Below are positions 19,101 through 27,753 of a stretch of DNA of 39,219 nt, piece after piece. The first letter of the stretch is position 1, and the number at the start of each line of letters is the position of its first letter. The position numbers and the translations under genes were made by a program. Source of the DNA: a virus (taxonomy: Duplodnaviria > Caudoviricetes); IMG/VR virus record IMGVR_UViG_3300025128_000119, positions 1-39,219 of that record; one strand, 5' to 3'. Below the pieces are notes generated by a model. It made no database searches. It saw nothing but the letters and a program-made list of their open reading frames with translations, and had not been told where the DNA came from.

Positions 19101-21029
19101 TATGACGCTTTCAAAGCTCTAGAGTTTGATTATTTTACAGCCGTTATGAACAATCCTGATGTCGGTGGTGCTATGGCTGAACAGTACCAAGTGGAGTTAT
19201 ATACCCAAGAAAAATGGTATCGGGAACAACAACGGTTGTATAGTGCCGCAGGGGGTATTACTAAAGCTGATATTGGTCTAGGCGATTCTGATGAATATAT
19301 GAGTTTAGAAGACTTAGAGATTGCACACAAAGTATTGCTAAAAGAACGCCAGTTTGACGCAGCTGACGAGCTACTTAAAAATGCTCCTATATTTGCCGAA
19401 TACATAAAGAACAAAGACAGATGGGTTAGGTACGGTCAAGATGTAGAGATGAACAAAATCATTGAATCGTTACGAATGCCCGAAATTACTTTAGCAGGTG
19501 ATGGACCTCCAGAAACAGGAGCAGAACAACGCCAAAGGAAAGCTGTAGAAAAAGAAAACAGAAGACTATCATACCAAGACGTAAAAGCTAATGATAATCA
19601 ATTAGCAATAGTTGACGCATTGGTAGCAAAAGATGTTGCTGACCAAACATGGTATGAGAGAACTCAAGAACAATTTGTAGACGAATTGTTTGAACCATTC
19701 ATTCAACAGGAAGCTCAAAACAGTCAGGTAAAATGGGAACAATTACGAGAAGAACCTGTTTTATACAAATTCCCTGTTAGCAACAAAGGCATAGATGGCC
19801 TCAGAGGCTATGTTGCTCAGAACGATGCTGCGAGCTTGAGGGAAGCTATGATGAACGAAGCTCTTAGAATAGGAGAGTTAGCTGACGATGCTTTAGCGTG
19901 GCGTGTAATGGGTACCATTTTAGAAATGCACCCTGACGATATAGATGCAGCTGCAGACCGCTATCCCGAACTCAAAGATATGCGAGAAATCTTTTCGGTT
20001 GTGTATGGTCAGCAGTATCCTACCCGTGAAGTGTATATAAACGCTATGGGTATGGATGGAAAAGTTTCAGCAGATGGTAAGGCTTCGGTAAGTCGGCATA
20101 GTGTCTGGGGCGTGACCGCCGAAGACGTATTCAAAGCAGAGGATTTGATGGGGTCATTAGTGACGGATGAAGACGACAATTATGTTAGTACAGCTAAGGT
20201 GCATGAATTTATTAGAAGATGGACTAATGAAAATATTGAAGAAAACATTAATCTAAAGTATCAAGAATATAATATGTTGTGGACCTCACATCAGTATGCA
20301 GAGGCTTTGCAAATGTTAGAAGATGAACCTAATATTCAACAATTCGAACTATTTTCAAAAGCAACATTTGATGCTTTCAATGCCGCTAAAAACGTATCGG
20401 GTAGTGATAAGTGGTTGAAGTATCTTAAACAGTTAAAAGAAGGTGAAAGACCAGGTCTTGCAGTAGGTGCAGATGGAACAGTTGCAAGTACAGGGGCAGA
20501 AGGAGTGTTAGCAGCTATAAAAGAATTTGGTTTAGATGCTTTACCAGGATTACGAAAGGTTAAAAAAGAAGCAACCAGTAAACCGTCTAGTAGACCACGA
20601 ACTACTAAAGGCAATAAAGAGAAACTTGCTTTATGGGACTATGAGGTTTTCAAACAACCCCAACGTAGACAACAAAGCAGAGGTAGACGACAACAACAGG
20701 AATTACCACCGCCAGACTTATCGCCGTGGACTAACCTCATGGACCAATGGAAGACAGACAAGAATCCACTATTAGTTATACTAATGGACTTCTTTGACCT
20801 GTCAGCATATGCACGTCAAGCGCATTTGCAACGTAATCCTAACTTGGCCAGATGGTTATCTAGTATTAAACCTGAAGATTTAGCTAAGATTGAACAGGCT
20901 TATTACCTTTGGGCACAACAAACAGGTAGAATATCGCCGAGACAAGAACGTAGGATACAAAAGTCTCGACCCAACCTAGCTACAACTTTACGGGTATATA
21001 AACCCCGTGGAACCAGAGCTGGTTTATAA
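13164..21029 (+). CDS. Giant internal virion / DNA ejection protein, 2621 aa
   Basis: Size, helical character and position between portal and scaffold; no tape measure elsewhere. Confidence 0.65.
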   Translation: MASRRFEKPDKPAVADTRYKDISPFEDIPLEPPSGNRDVPFKPKVIEEPKFELQPQASYRPPVRPRVRFEQWLDQQDSKPSALDIPMRPDIQNEYIDHPVPGMRERFTSKRGSTDRGEYLDNLAEGTRAASAYGLDYFLNEPASVQEARDWTRQNTQSLQDAYMKRWEEEDATFQEQLQEYRDKPYIVSEVEENPDRYELVARQTINGEKWDLVLDRQATPQTENKYADRYTKEMLAQIEQAEKFKEQETLRAFGLQNEDANVSAGKSFVSPYSYTGQFRFVPSFEEVEPDWYDKTKRSGGVWSKTQVKKWADWSARKGWELPWLESLTGISGTSIMPGYAELGVSTGAAEMLKENVYLADGTLYTVDRSPSPASSQASPGGTYVRKVVQEDGEVRPTLVRSGAKPKPVTATLYEALQDIYPEESNDFYVEAIAETSVIPSGSASHKLEAIIKVHDLGMSWTEAIDGDPNILQNELAPLMDNWSVSTHDAFMSAVKQNPKTNWYYNKRIQELAQVGITGEAADRDVAITIRQSGLPGSQDVSNKFAHDIFFDPSTWIAGLIGKGLKTAKGAADAAKRLKYFGPSIVKGRGYVNPRILSNIYDPIKGEFTEVGLQQVTKANSNQTVRLADDIAETITDDITETVRQNQTVYQRGGGIGGLNPIALTASGAKGEVIERAYDAFTAILSDVHKVQGTVNPITGQVNKTSIKEAGMALATLAEPAPLVDDFVSRLGREAGEKAFNTAKDDWTLRTIQAANLLEPYGVARSIAGREASALLYQMVRNPATGRVDPRILAQKLLRQGKDVDDITEALVQHYDEAAETLLTGKNGKPNPIREKYQSFKEYINQVDDAGNYINDPADFGQFERGTRGSLERHRQRVAARKVVDENKEKVFDYNMGDSFIKMGLHELAAGWQGTKNIVNTGLWMLYGSLNPAYSARNYYNNMLTAMVDGKYSLKPLSAIEEFYNHAPRPYAAERGIGGTIKADIGGQQGDALGQSLADRMLDNRFDLFSGTWTPTIPKWVPGVGGKKIRIGANAIEQSTGARVAYQGQSDFLKHILVDTKTGVVPLPDDIVLTLEAAGRGDLVVNLYQDLYSGVTRNGDTMMFNVDGALNNLYDAMQTPQGWQVDLRSLQRHITDDDIILFNKIDDAGQLDIAVKKILHKADTPQEAAEQLRLYAQELDAKIAAADKRIPAGLEIEEPTSETNQFLTRVEVEKNKGTQQIDIALGIDDIERMDLSQSLNAIRVGESELAENVARKQQHIHNIMNNARANADVPQSVVDDLQERLNAANAKNDAARQAAAAEHVDLLKDTWKSHDNIAKIPNIKPEQISRRRERLWRGETGYHVQQAIRRQDLQAEMVANLEEVINYAMRTDADNLLQPAIKYSDTPLFSPVDPTSYKYTLDPLITRLDEASRTVEGVVPAKTVQLTADQIDDLSLWREQQRARMTQNLSQSQQVGKNNRDFALLRYTDRRNADTWLSNVFPFHYWYTRTAYNWTQRAFMRPAAAQAYVRFRMVRDQQHAAMPEYLRQALSTDDLGIRTDYPLYFNHEGMFNPLHQFIGSNFEDRDKEQARILGTNIGRVAQDIGNVGPAMWAPWQWGIAASQLDYTVREGQKPKPGEVRVTEQNRDTASAWFGTLSNQSRAIRAITAYAHAISNIGQPGGINLDPLVALGHSIRTPGDLNPGYTRSLTKYDENRLVEEYAYMLENPQEFAHLYPNRSFTRDEWIQEVQNSAIQGPVTKLDYQAQQDVSLSIDAYKHGDQDYNYLYDAALQRSIEKNVPRALFSFGLGWMYQGTSQEKERVTDYWKRHQYLSGLYETDLDQEEISELYRQFQVNDPLFDIVPNLRNGQTERNDHLVRSAISAAPNGVDILVDTIGDDTAISRFFETGSTQYLTAEQRDELHAAALRQKLLLQQPPIEKRKAYLQSQKDAEQIRDEIKATHGEDVWNFRNELLQDAATSDNPTELINGELDQLQRQDPELYDAFKALEFDYFTAVMNNPDVGGAMAEQYQVELYTQEKWYREQQRLYSAAGGITKADIGLGDSDEYMSLEDLEIAHKVLLKERQFDAADELLKNAPIFAEYIKNKDRWVRYGQDVEMNKIIESLRMPEITLAGDGPPETGAEQRQRKAVEKENRRLSYQDVKANDNQLAIVDALVAKDVADQTWYERTQEQFVDELFEPFIQQEAQNSQVKWEQLREEPVLYKFPVSNKGIDGLRGYVAQNDAASLREAMMNEALRIGELADDALAWRVMGTILEMHPDDIDAAADRYPELKDMREIFSVVYGQQYPTREVYINAMGMDGKVSADGKASVSRHSVWGVTAEDVFKAEDLMGSLVTDEDDNYVSTAKVHEFIRRWTNENIEENINLKYQEYNMLWTSHQYAEALQMLEDEPNIQQFELFSKATFDAFNAAKNVSGSDKWLKYLKQLKEGERPGLAVGADGTVASTGAEGVLAAIKEFGLDALPGLRKVKKEATSKPSSRPRTTKGNKEKLALWDYEVFKQPQRRQQSRGRRQQQELPPPDLSPWTNLMDQWKTDKNPLLVILMDFFDLSAYARQAHLQRNPNLARWLSSIKPEDLAKIEQAYYLWAQQTGRISPRQERRIQKSRPNLATTLRVYKPRGTRAGL

Positions 21030-21098
21030 TTATGATTGACCCGTCTATGTTATAATAGGCGGCGTAGTAAACAATATAATACATAAGGAGAGTGTACC

Positions 21099-21818
21099 GT
21101 GGCTGAAACTACGAACACCGTACAAGCGGAAGATGCTGAAATCGCCCCCGTACAGGCGCAAGCGGCTGAAGCTGAAACTACGGCAGAATCTGTACCAGCG
21201 GCCCCAGAAACCCCTGATACGGACACCATTCTGGAAAATAAACGCAATCAATGGTTAGCGGAATGGAATCAATCTAAGGACAGGGAACTGGCAAAGGTTC
21301 ACCAGCAGTACCAAGCGAGGGAAAAGGCCCTCCGACAACAAGCCAGACAACGGCTAGAGCATGTTGGCGATACGCACGCAGGAGAATGGGAAGCAAACCA
21401 AGCTCTAAACGATAAAGCCCAAGCCTATGATGCTATGCAACAACAAGCACAGGCGTGGCAAGCGTGGAACAGTTATACCGCCGAAGTAGCTTCAGCCTAT
21501 GGTTTGAAATCGTCTGACCCTCGTCTGAGTAATGCGCAAAATGCTGACGAGTTGGTAAATGCAGCTAAGAAAGCTATGTCTGAAGATGCTAAAGCTGAAA
21601 AGAAACGCATCAAAGACGAAGCAGCTGCAGAGAAAAAAGCCGCACTAGATAAGAAAGTTGCTAGTGGAGAGCTTGACAGCTTGAGTGGGGCACCTGCTGG
21701 TAAAGTAGGTGACTTACGTGACCAGTATGAGCGTGCCAAGAAGGATGTACGTAGGGGCAACGTACTAGGACACACCGAGTTGCGACAAAAATACCGCAAA
21801 CTTGGTTTAGATATATAG
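21099..21818 (+). CDS. Capsid scaffolding protein
   Basis: Acidic A/E-rich N-terminus, coiled coil, directly before the capsid gene; SD AAGGAG; TGtTATAAT upstream at 21048-21056. Confidence 0.75.
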   Translation: MAETTNTVQAEDAEIAPVQAQAAEAETTAESVPAAPETPDTDTILENKRNQWLAEWNQSKDRELAKVHQQYQAREKALRQQARQRLEHVGDTHAGEWEANQALNDKAQAYDAMQQQAQAWQAWNSYTAEVASAYGLKSSDPRLSNAQNADELVNAAKKAMSEDAKAEKKRIKDEAAAEKKAALDKKVASGELDSLSGAPAGKVGDLRDQYERAKKDVRRGNVLGHTELRQKYRKLGLDI

Positions 21819-21830
21819 GAGAAACAAATT

Positions 21831-22946
21831 ATGGCTCCCTTAGATAGCCCGATTACTAGTTACTCGGATACTACTCCGCAGAAACGTGTAATCACGGATG
21901 TTATCGACCTGATTGACCCTACAGACGCTCCAGGTGTAGAAGCCTTGGGTGGTTTGGACGGTGCCAGCTCCAAATTCCGTTTTGTCAATGGTAAATCTAC
22001 CAAAATGGAATGGTTGGAGGACACACACAGTCCATTAGCTGATGCAATCAACGATGGCTCCAACATAAATAACTCACAGGTCACAATCACCGTAGATGAT
22101 GCTTCCATATTCCAACCTGGACACATCATTCTCTGTGAAAGTGAGCAAATGTGGGTCAGTAGCATAAGCGGCGAAGTTCTTACCGTTACTCGTGCATACA
22201 GTGGTTCAGCTGCAACACATGCTGACAACACCGCAATCACTATTGTGGGTATTGCACGTCTAGAAGGTGATGACTCTGACGCTGTAGCTTTCACTGACCG
22301 TTCAGTCGGTTCAAACTACACTCAGATTTTCCATCAGGAAATCAAGGTTTCGAGAACTCAAAACCAGATTTCTCAGTATGGTATTCCAGAGGAGTTTGAA
22401 TACCAATCCAATAAAGCCGTGCCGCAATTGATGCGTCTTGTTGAAAAACAGATGTATCTGGGCGCACGTAAAGCTGGTTCCGCAACTGCACCCCGTGCTT
22501 TCGGTGGTTTAGGAACATTCGTTACCGATAATACTGTTGACTTTGCTTCTGCAATAACTCAGGCAAATATCGAAGACGGAATGGAAGCAGCCTATAACGA
22601 TGGTGGACAACCAGACATAGCTTTGGTATCACCAGCCAATATGCAGGTCATCAAAAATCTATATGATTCCAGTTCCTACTTGCGCATCGAGCGTACAGAA
22701 GATACAATTGGTATGGTCATACAGAATGTAATGACCCCATTTGGTGAGTTGAAACTCGTTATGGACCGCTGGGCACCAGCAGATAAGGTATATCTGCTAG
22801 ACTCAGAAAGAGCAGGATTTGTCACATACTTCCCATTCACATTCGAGCCACTGGCTAAAGTCGGTGACTATGAGCGTGGAGAGGTTGTTGGCGAGTTCTC
22901 TCTATGTGTCAAGATGGATAAGGCACACGCAGTTCTCACTACATAA
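21831..22946 (+). CDS. Major capsid protein (SU10/DUF5309-like) with beta-rich insertion
   Basis: IDLIDPTDAP, KMEWLED, EGDD, NYTQIF, RAFGGL, TPFG, GEFSL motifs; insertion ITVDDAS...LTVTRAY. Confidence 0.9.
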   Translation: MAPLDSPITSYSDTTPQKRVITDVIDLIDPTDAPGVEALGGLDGASSKFRFVNGKSTKMEWLEDTHSPLADAINDGSNINNSQVTITVDDASIFQPGHIILCESEQMWVSSISGEVLTVTRAYSGSAATHADNTAITIVGIARLEGDDSDAVAFTDRSVGSNYTQIFHQEIKVSRTQNQISQYGIPEEFEYQSNKAVPQLMRLVEKQMYLGARKAGSATAPRAFGGLGTFVTDNTVDFASAITQANIEDGMEAAYNDGGQPDIALVSPANMQVIKNLYDSSSYLRIERTEDTIGMVIQNVMTPFGELKLVMDRWAPADKVYLLDSERAGFVTYFPFTFEPLAKVGDYERGEVVGEFSLCVKMDKAHAVLTT

Positions 22947-22987
22947 TAGTAGGAGAATAAAATCGGAATAAGCAACGGAGGTCGTCT

Positions 22988-23209
22988 ATGTCGGTGATGC
23001 AAACAGAACCAGTGTTTTTATGTCGCCGATGTGGACGACCCGTTGTGGTCAAGCACTTATCTACATCTGAGTCCGACCCAGACGGAAAACAATTGCATGA
23101 CATGATGGCCAATCTACATAAGATAGCCTTATGTGATTTTCATCAAGCTCAACGTAATTGGTTTGCCGCTAATGACCGAATGGCCGAATGGGAAGCAGGT
23201 GCCACATGA
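22988..23209 (+). CDS. Small zinc-finger protein
   Basis: CRRCG...CDFH; SD GGAGGT. Confidence 0.7.
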   Translation: MSVMQTEPVFLCRRCGRPVVVKHLSTSESDPDGKQLHDMMANLHKIALCDFHQAQRNWFAANDRMAEWEAGAT

Positions 23210-24060
23210 CCGTAAAGGTAGACATAGGCATAGCCTGCTCCAAAGCTCAATCAAACAATTGGTGGCAACCCGTACTTACCCAGCTTATATCTGTAGCCCA
23301 GGAAGGCAAGATAGAGATAGGTAACGTACATGCCGTAAGTAGTGCGCTTCCTGACCACAACAAAAACCTTATCTTAGATGACCGCCGCTTTGCCCGTACT
23401 GACCACAATCGTAATAAGATTGCAAAAGGTTTTGTACATGGTGATAGTGAGTGGCTCTGGTTCTTAGATGATGATACAGTCCCACCCCAAGGTGCGCTTG
23501 AACATCTGTTAGCAATGCGCCGACCCTTTGTTGCTGGGCTATATCATCTAGCTAGACCTCCGCATAACCCACTAGCATATATCAGAGATGAAAATGGTAT
23601 GTATGCTTCATTGTGGGATTATGAACATGGCACTATAGCTGAAGTAGATAGCGTTGGTATGGGCTGTACCTTGATACAGAAGAAAGTTTTCTTAGATATT
23701 ATGGACAACTTCATAGAGTTCCAACGCCCCGATGGAAGCATAGTACCAATACATAAGGAGGATGTAGATATGGTAAGTAGAGATACAGGGTTCTCTAGTA
23801 ATGGAGCAACCACTAAAGTAGAAGAAATGGTTTTGAAAATGCCATTGAAGCACAAGGCAGATGATGACCCACGGGCATTTCCATTTTATGCAATGGAGTA
23901 TGGACGCACAGAGGACCATTTCTTTTGTGAGATAGCAGAACGTGTGGGCTATAAACCAGTGATAGATACAGCAGTAGTGTGTCAGCACTGGCGAGAAGTA
24001 CCACATGCTAGAAAAGACTTTACAGCATATAAAGACCAACACCCTGAACTAGCCGCATGA
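23206..24060 (+). CDS. GT-A fold (family 2-like) glycosyltransferase
   Basis: RNKIA, WLWFLDDD (DxD), GMGCTLI, TEDHFFC, CQH motifs; ATGA overlap. Confidence 0.85.
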   Translation: MTVKVDIGIACSKAQSNNWWQPVLTQLISVAQEGKIEIGNVHAVSSALPDHNKNLILDDRRFARTDHNRNKIAKGFVHGDSEWLWFLDDDTVPPQGALEHLLAMRRPFVAGLYHLARPPHNPLAYIRDENGMYASLWDYEHGTIAEVDSVGMGCTLIQKKVFLDIMDNFIEFQRPDGSIVPIHKEDVDMVSRDTGFSSNGATTKVEEMVLKMPLKHKADDDPRAFPFYAMEYGRTEDHFFCEIAERVGYKPVIDTAVVCQHWREVPHARKDFTAYKDQHPELAA

Positions 24061-24605
24061 TGCGAGTTCTGGACGTAGGTTGTGGGGACAAGACCGAATG
24101 CCGTACTATATTCCCAAAGGAAAAGATTACTACGCTAGACGTAAATCCAGACCTGAAACCAGATATAGTAGCGGACATCACACAACCTCTAAAGATAGAC
24201 GAGAAGTTCGATACAGTGTTTATGTCCCATGTAATCGAACACATACCGAGATTATCTGTCGTACCGACTTTACGTAATATATCTCAGGTACTGAACAGAC
24301 AGGGCAAACTATACGTTATTACCCCCTCTTTGGAGTGGGCCGCCCGACAGATAATAGATAATGAAGACCTCCATGTGTCAGTGCTGGCTAGTATCTTTGG
24401 TAGTCAGGATGACCCGTGGCAGTTTCATCAGTGTGGGTTTACTATTATGCTACTAAGACAAGCAATCCGTATGGCAGGTATGCAGGATATGGAAGCATAC
24501 CAGAGTAGCTATACGATAGAAATGGAAAGCGGACCGATAAAAGCCCAACAAAATATAGTTGTTGGATGGAAGGTATTTGAAGATGGCGAAGAAAGAGAAA
24601 GCTAA
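24057..24605 (+). CDS. Class I SAM-dependent methyltransferase
   Basis: VLDVGCG motif I, FDTVFMSHVIEHI, LNRQGKLYVITP. Confidence 0.9.
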   Translation: MMRVLDVGCGDKTECRTIFPKEKITTLDVNPDLKPDIVADITQPLKIDEKFDTVFMSHVIEHIPRLSVVPTLRNISQVLNRQGKLYVITPSLEWAARQIIDNEDLHVSVLASIFGSQDDPWQFHQCGFTIMLLRQAIRMAGMQDMEAYQSSYTIEMESGPIKAQQNIVVGWKVFEDGEERES

Positions 24606-24690
24606 ATCCAGTGGGTTTATCTCTAATAAACCTCCTAAAAAAGTAACTGTTATAAAAGGCACGCCGTTTATCACTAAAAAGAAGCGGTAA
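24583..24690 (+). CDS. Lys-rich peptide, 35 aa (not in ORF track)
   Basis: MAKKEKAKSSGFISNKPPKKVTVIKGTPFITKKKR; SD-like GGAAGGT. Confidence 0.55.
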   Translation: MAKKEKAKSSGFISNKPPKKVTVIKGTPFITKKKR

Positions 24691-24737
24691 GCCCATCGCA
24701 AGTGCTAAACGTATGGTACGCTTGTTAGGGGACGATA

Positions 24738-24791
24738 ATGCTATATAAAAAACCAGGCAAGAAGAAACGTAAGTCCCGAAGGAAGAAGTAA
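24738..24791 (+). CDS. Lys/Arg-rich peptide, 17 aa (not in ORF track)
   Basis: MLYKKPGKKKRKSRRKK; SD-like AGGGG; TAATG coupling to the next gene. Confidence 0.5.
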   Translation: MLYKKPGKKKRKSRRKK

Positions 24792-25447
24792 TGGCTGTTA
24801 CTGGACAAACTGTAATAGATAGATTGGACCAACTGTTCGATGATACTAGTAATGCGTTATGGACTACTACTCAGAAACTAGCCTCAGTCAATGCCGCTAT
24901 AGATTCAGCATGGCCTGAGATAAAAGATGTTGAGGTAGATAGTAGCTTGACCGTAGCATCCAGTACATATGAATATACACCTACTGCAACCCCAGAAGTA
25001 GAATGGGGATTTTCGGTTGCTTATGTAACCCTCGGTAGTAACCCCAAGGTTCTACTGCGTAGGGTAAAGCAACGGCAGAATGGTACAGCTTGGACCATTA
25101 TACTTCCAGCAGACTTAACGGCAGAGTTTAATGGTAAAACCCTGCATCTACAATACAATGACCGTATAGACCGTATAAGTGCAGCTACCGAATCAGCCGA
25201 ATTACCGCTAGATTATCTGACTAATTATGCAGCTTACTGGCTGTGTTTATCACAGACCACAAAGGCAGCGCATTTTGATGTCAAGCCTTATGCTGAACTA
25301 ATTGGTGAGTTTAGGCAAGCCGCTGAACGTAGCAAGTTGCGTAATCGGCGTGGCGATATACCACATATGATAGGTATCGGACACGATTTTGGTACAGGCC
25401 AATCTACCGTTGGACGTTACGGTGAGAACATAGTAACTAATCCGTAA
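24791..25447 (+). CDS. Head-tail adaptor protein
   Basis: T...VIDRL...DD...W......VN.A pattern and position after the capsid block. Confidence 0.65.
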   Translation: MAVTGQTVIDRLDQLFDDTSNALWTTTQKLASVNAAIDSAWPEIKDVEVDSSLTVASSTYEYTPTATPEVEWGFSVAYVTLGSNPKVLLRRVKQRQNGTAWTIILPADLTAEFNGKTLHLQYNDRIDRISAATESAELPLDYLTNYAAYWLCLSQTTKAAHFDVKPYAELIGEFRQAAERSKLRNRRGDIPHMIGIGHDFGTGQSTVGRYGENIVTNP

Positions 25448-25449
25448 TT

Positions 25450-27366
25450 ATGCCTACCGCTGGTGGAACTCACGATATAACCCTCCAACAAGGCAACACA
25501 ACCTTTGGGTTTATGGTTGCCCCTGGAGAATACAACTCAGAACGTGTAGACGACTTTGCTCCACGTATTGCCACTGGTACTGAAGCTAGGGTACGAGAAG
25601 GCTTTTGGGACGCTTGGTCACAAACTGGCATGGTCGAAGGTATAGACCAACTAACCTTTGCCAGCGCACAAAAGATTTACCACAGTGATGGTAATATATT
25701 TCCTTTCACCAACGAAAATATAACTTTACATTCAGCCTGGAATGCAACTGATAGTAGTAAAGTAGCTACTGCTCCAATGATATTAGATTTTGGAGCCAGT
25801 ACAGTATTATCTGCTATTGGCACTAAGGTACGCCGTACCACAGACGATAGTACCTGGAGTGACAGTAGTACCACATTAGGTGCAAGTGCTGTTTGGTTAC
25901 ATCGACATGGTAGCTATGTATTTGCGGCTACTGGTAGTAGCGCAGACTTTTATCGTTCGTCTGATGGCGATAGTTGGACCCAGCCAGCATCAGGACAAAA
26001 AGCTAATTGCTTTGCTACCTGGGAAAAGCCCGATGGTAATGTATTCTTAGTATTAGGTAATGGCAGTACGATAAAGACCAGCACCGATAATGGTGGTACG
26101 TGGTCCTCAGCTATCAACGTAGGTAATCCTGAGTCTGATGTTACGGGTTTAGGTGTAGCTTTCAACCTGCTTATTATCGGTAAAGAAGATAGTATCTATT
26201 GGTATGACGGTACTAATATCAATGAGATTACAAATTTCTATAATCAAAAATACAGTGGTAATGCTAAAGCTCTAGTGTACCACGATGGTTTTCTATACAC
26301 CCATATATTAGGACGGATTGTGAAAATTAGTTTGTCCTCAGGTGTTATCAGCAACATGATAGATGTGACCCCTTTGATGAAAGGTGATGCTGATAAAGAC
26401 TTACATGGACACGGTATTCCGATTTGGTTATGGAGTGGTCCGTTCCATTTGTATGCGGCATTCGACCAGGGCGAGAGCGATTTACCAGAAGTGCTTGCTT
26501 ACAATGGATTTGGTTGGCATCAAATGTATCGTGGTGCCGCTGACGATACAATGAAAGCAGGTGGGTATTCACGTAATCTGGCAAGGTCTTTTCTCAATGA
26601 TGGGGCTACTAGAAGTAGACGACACACTAATTTACGAGACACACCATTCGCTGCTTATCCTGCATCGGCTCAGTTCACTACGTCTGACCATGATGGTGGC
26701 TTACCATTCATGCTCAAGGCTTATAGGGATGTATCGGTAGATGCCCGTAACCTTAGCACGTCTGATGGACGTAAGATTACGGTAGAGTATTCTACTGATA
26801 AAGGTGCTAACTTCGTCAGCTTGGGCGACATTACGGCAGATGGTAAGACGGTTTTACCTTTCAGTGAGACTGACATCACAACTACGTCTAAACATTTACG
26901 GTTACGTTTTACACTAACCCGTGGTACTAACGCCGCTAAAACGCCAGTGTTAGAGCGATTTACTACCAGCTTCTTGTTACGACCTGACCCAATCAGGGCT
27001 TATCAGGTAGGACTATTGTTAGGTGGTTCACGTAATAGAGATAACGAAGCCGAAAGTAAATCAGTTAGGGAACAGCTAGAGTTCTTGAAAGAGATAGAAG
27101 GTAGTGAGACACCAATAAGATTTACAGACATGCTTGGTTGGCAACACTTAGTATACATAACGAAGACCAGTATACTTCGTCCGAGTGAAGACCAACTAGG
27201 GTATGATAAAGATGAGCGACAAGCACAGGTAGTAATGGTGGATGCCACCAGTGGTCCGTGGCCGCAGATAACAGCACCAATGAGTGCAACAGTTGCAGTA
27301 ACAGTGACTGCTACTGATTCTCCACCAACGTGGGATAACTTCAATTGGGATTTTGCAGAGTGGTAA
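25450..27366 (+). CDS. Tail nozzle / stabilisation protein (beta-propeller)
   Basis: Asp-box motifs SSDGDSW, STDNGGTW, STDKGANF; position after adaptor. Confidence 0.65.
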   Translation: MPTAGGTHDITLQQGNTTFGFMVAPGEYNSERVDDFAPRIATGTEARVREGFWDAWSQTGMVEGIDQLTFASAQKIYHSDGNIFPFTNENITLHSAWNATDSSKVATAPMILDFGASTVLSAIGTKVRRTTDDSTWSDSSTTLGASAVWLHRHGSYVFAATGSSADFYRSSDGDSWTQPASGQKANCFATWEKPDGNVFLVLGNGSTIKTSTDNGGTWSSAINVGNPESDVTGLGVAFNLLIIGKEDSIYWYDGTNINEITNFYNQKYSGNAKALVYHDGFLYTHILGRIVKISLSSGVISNMIDVTPLMKGDADKDLHGHGIPIWLWSGPFHLYAAFDQGESDLPEVLAYNGFGWHQMYRGAADDTMKAGGYSRNLARSFLNDGATRSRRHTNLRDTPFAAYPASAQFTTSDHDGGLPFMLKAYRDVSVDARNLSTSDGRKITVEYSTDKGANFVSLGDITADGKTVLPFSETDITTTSKHLRLRFTLTRGTNAAKTPVLERFTTSFLLRPDPIRAYQVGLLLGGSRNRDNEAESKSVREQLEFLKEIEGSETPIRFTDMLGWQHLVYITKTSILRPSEDQLGYDKDERQAQVVMVDATSGPWPQITAPMSATVAVTVTATDSPPTWDNFNWDFAEW

Positions 27367-27378
27367 ACAGGTGATATT

Positions 27379-27753
27379 ATGGCAACTAGTCTAATTACAA
27401 ACAATGGATTGAATGCGGCAGTAAGTCAGTGGCTCAATGTAGGTAGTACAACTAACATGACCCACTTAGCAGTAGGTAGTGGCACAACTACCCCAGCTGT
27501 AACGGATACTGCTATGCAAACCGAGATAGTACGGGTTGCTCCTGACACTAAAACAGCGAGTGATAACGTAATTACGTTAGAACATTACTATGGCACGACT
27601 GAAGGGAACGGTACTATTGCAGAAGTAGGAGTGTTATCCGCTTCTAGTGGTGGTGTGCTACATATGCACGGACAACCAGCAGCTGCCGTAACTAAAACAA
27701 CCAATAAGACCATGCGTGTGACGGTCACAATAACACTAGATAATAAGACCTAA
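27379..27753 (+). CDS. Tail-associated structural protein
   Basis: ITNNGL...HLAVGSGTT.PA.TDTAM.TE..R and GTIAEVG pattern of tail/baseplate-type proteins. Confidence 0.6.
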   Translation: MATSLITNNGLNAAVSQWLNVGSTTNMTHLAVGSGTTTPAVTDTAMQTEIVRVAPDTKTASDNVITLEHYYGTTEGNGTIAEVGVLSASSGGVLHMHGQPAAAVTKTTNKTMRVTVTITLDNKT

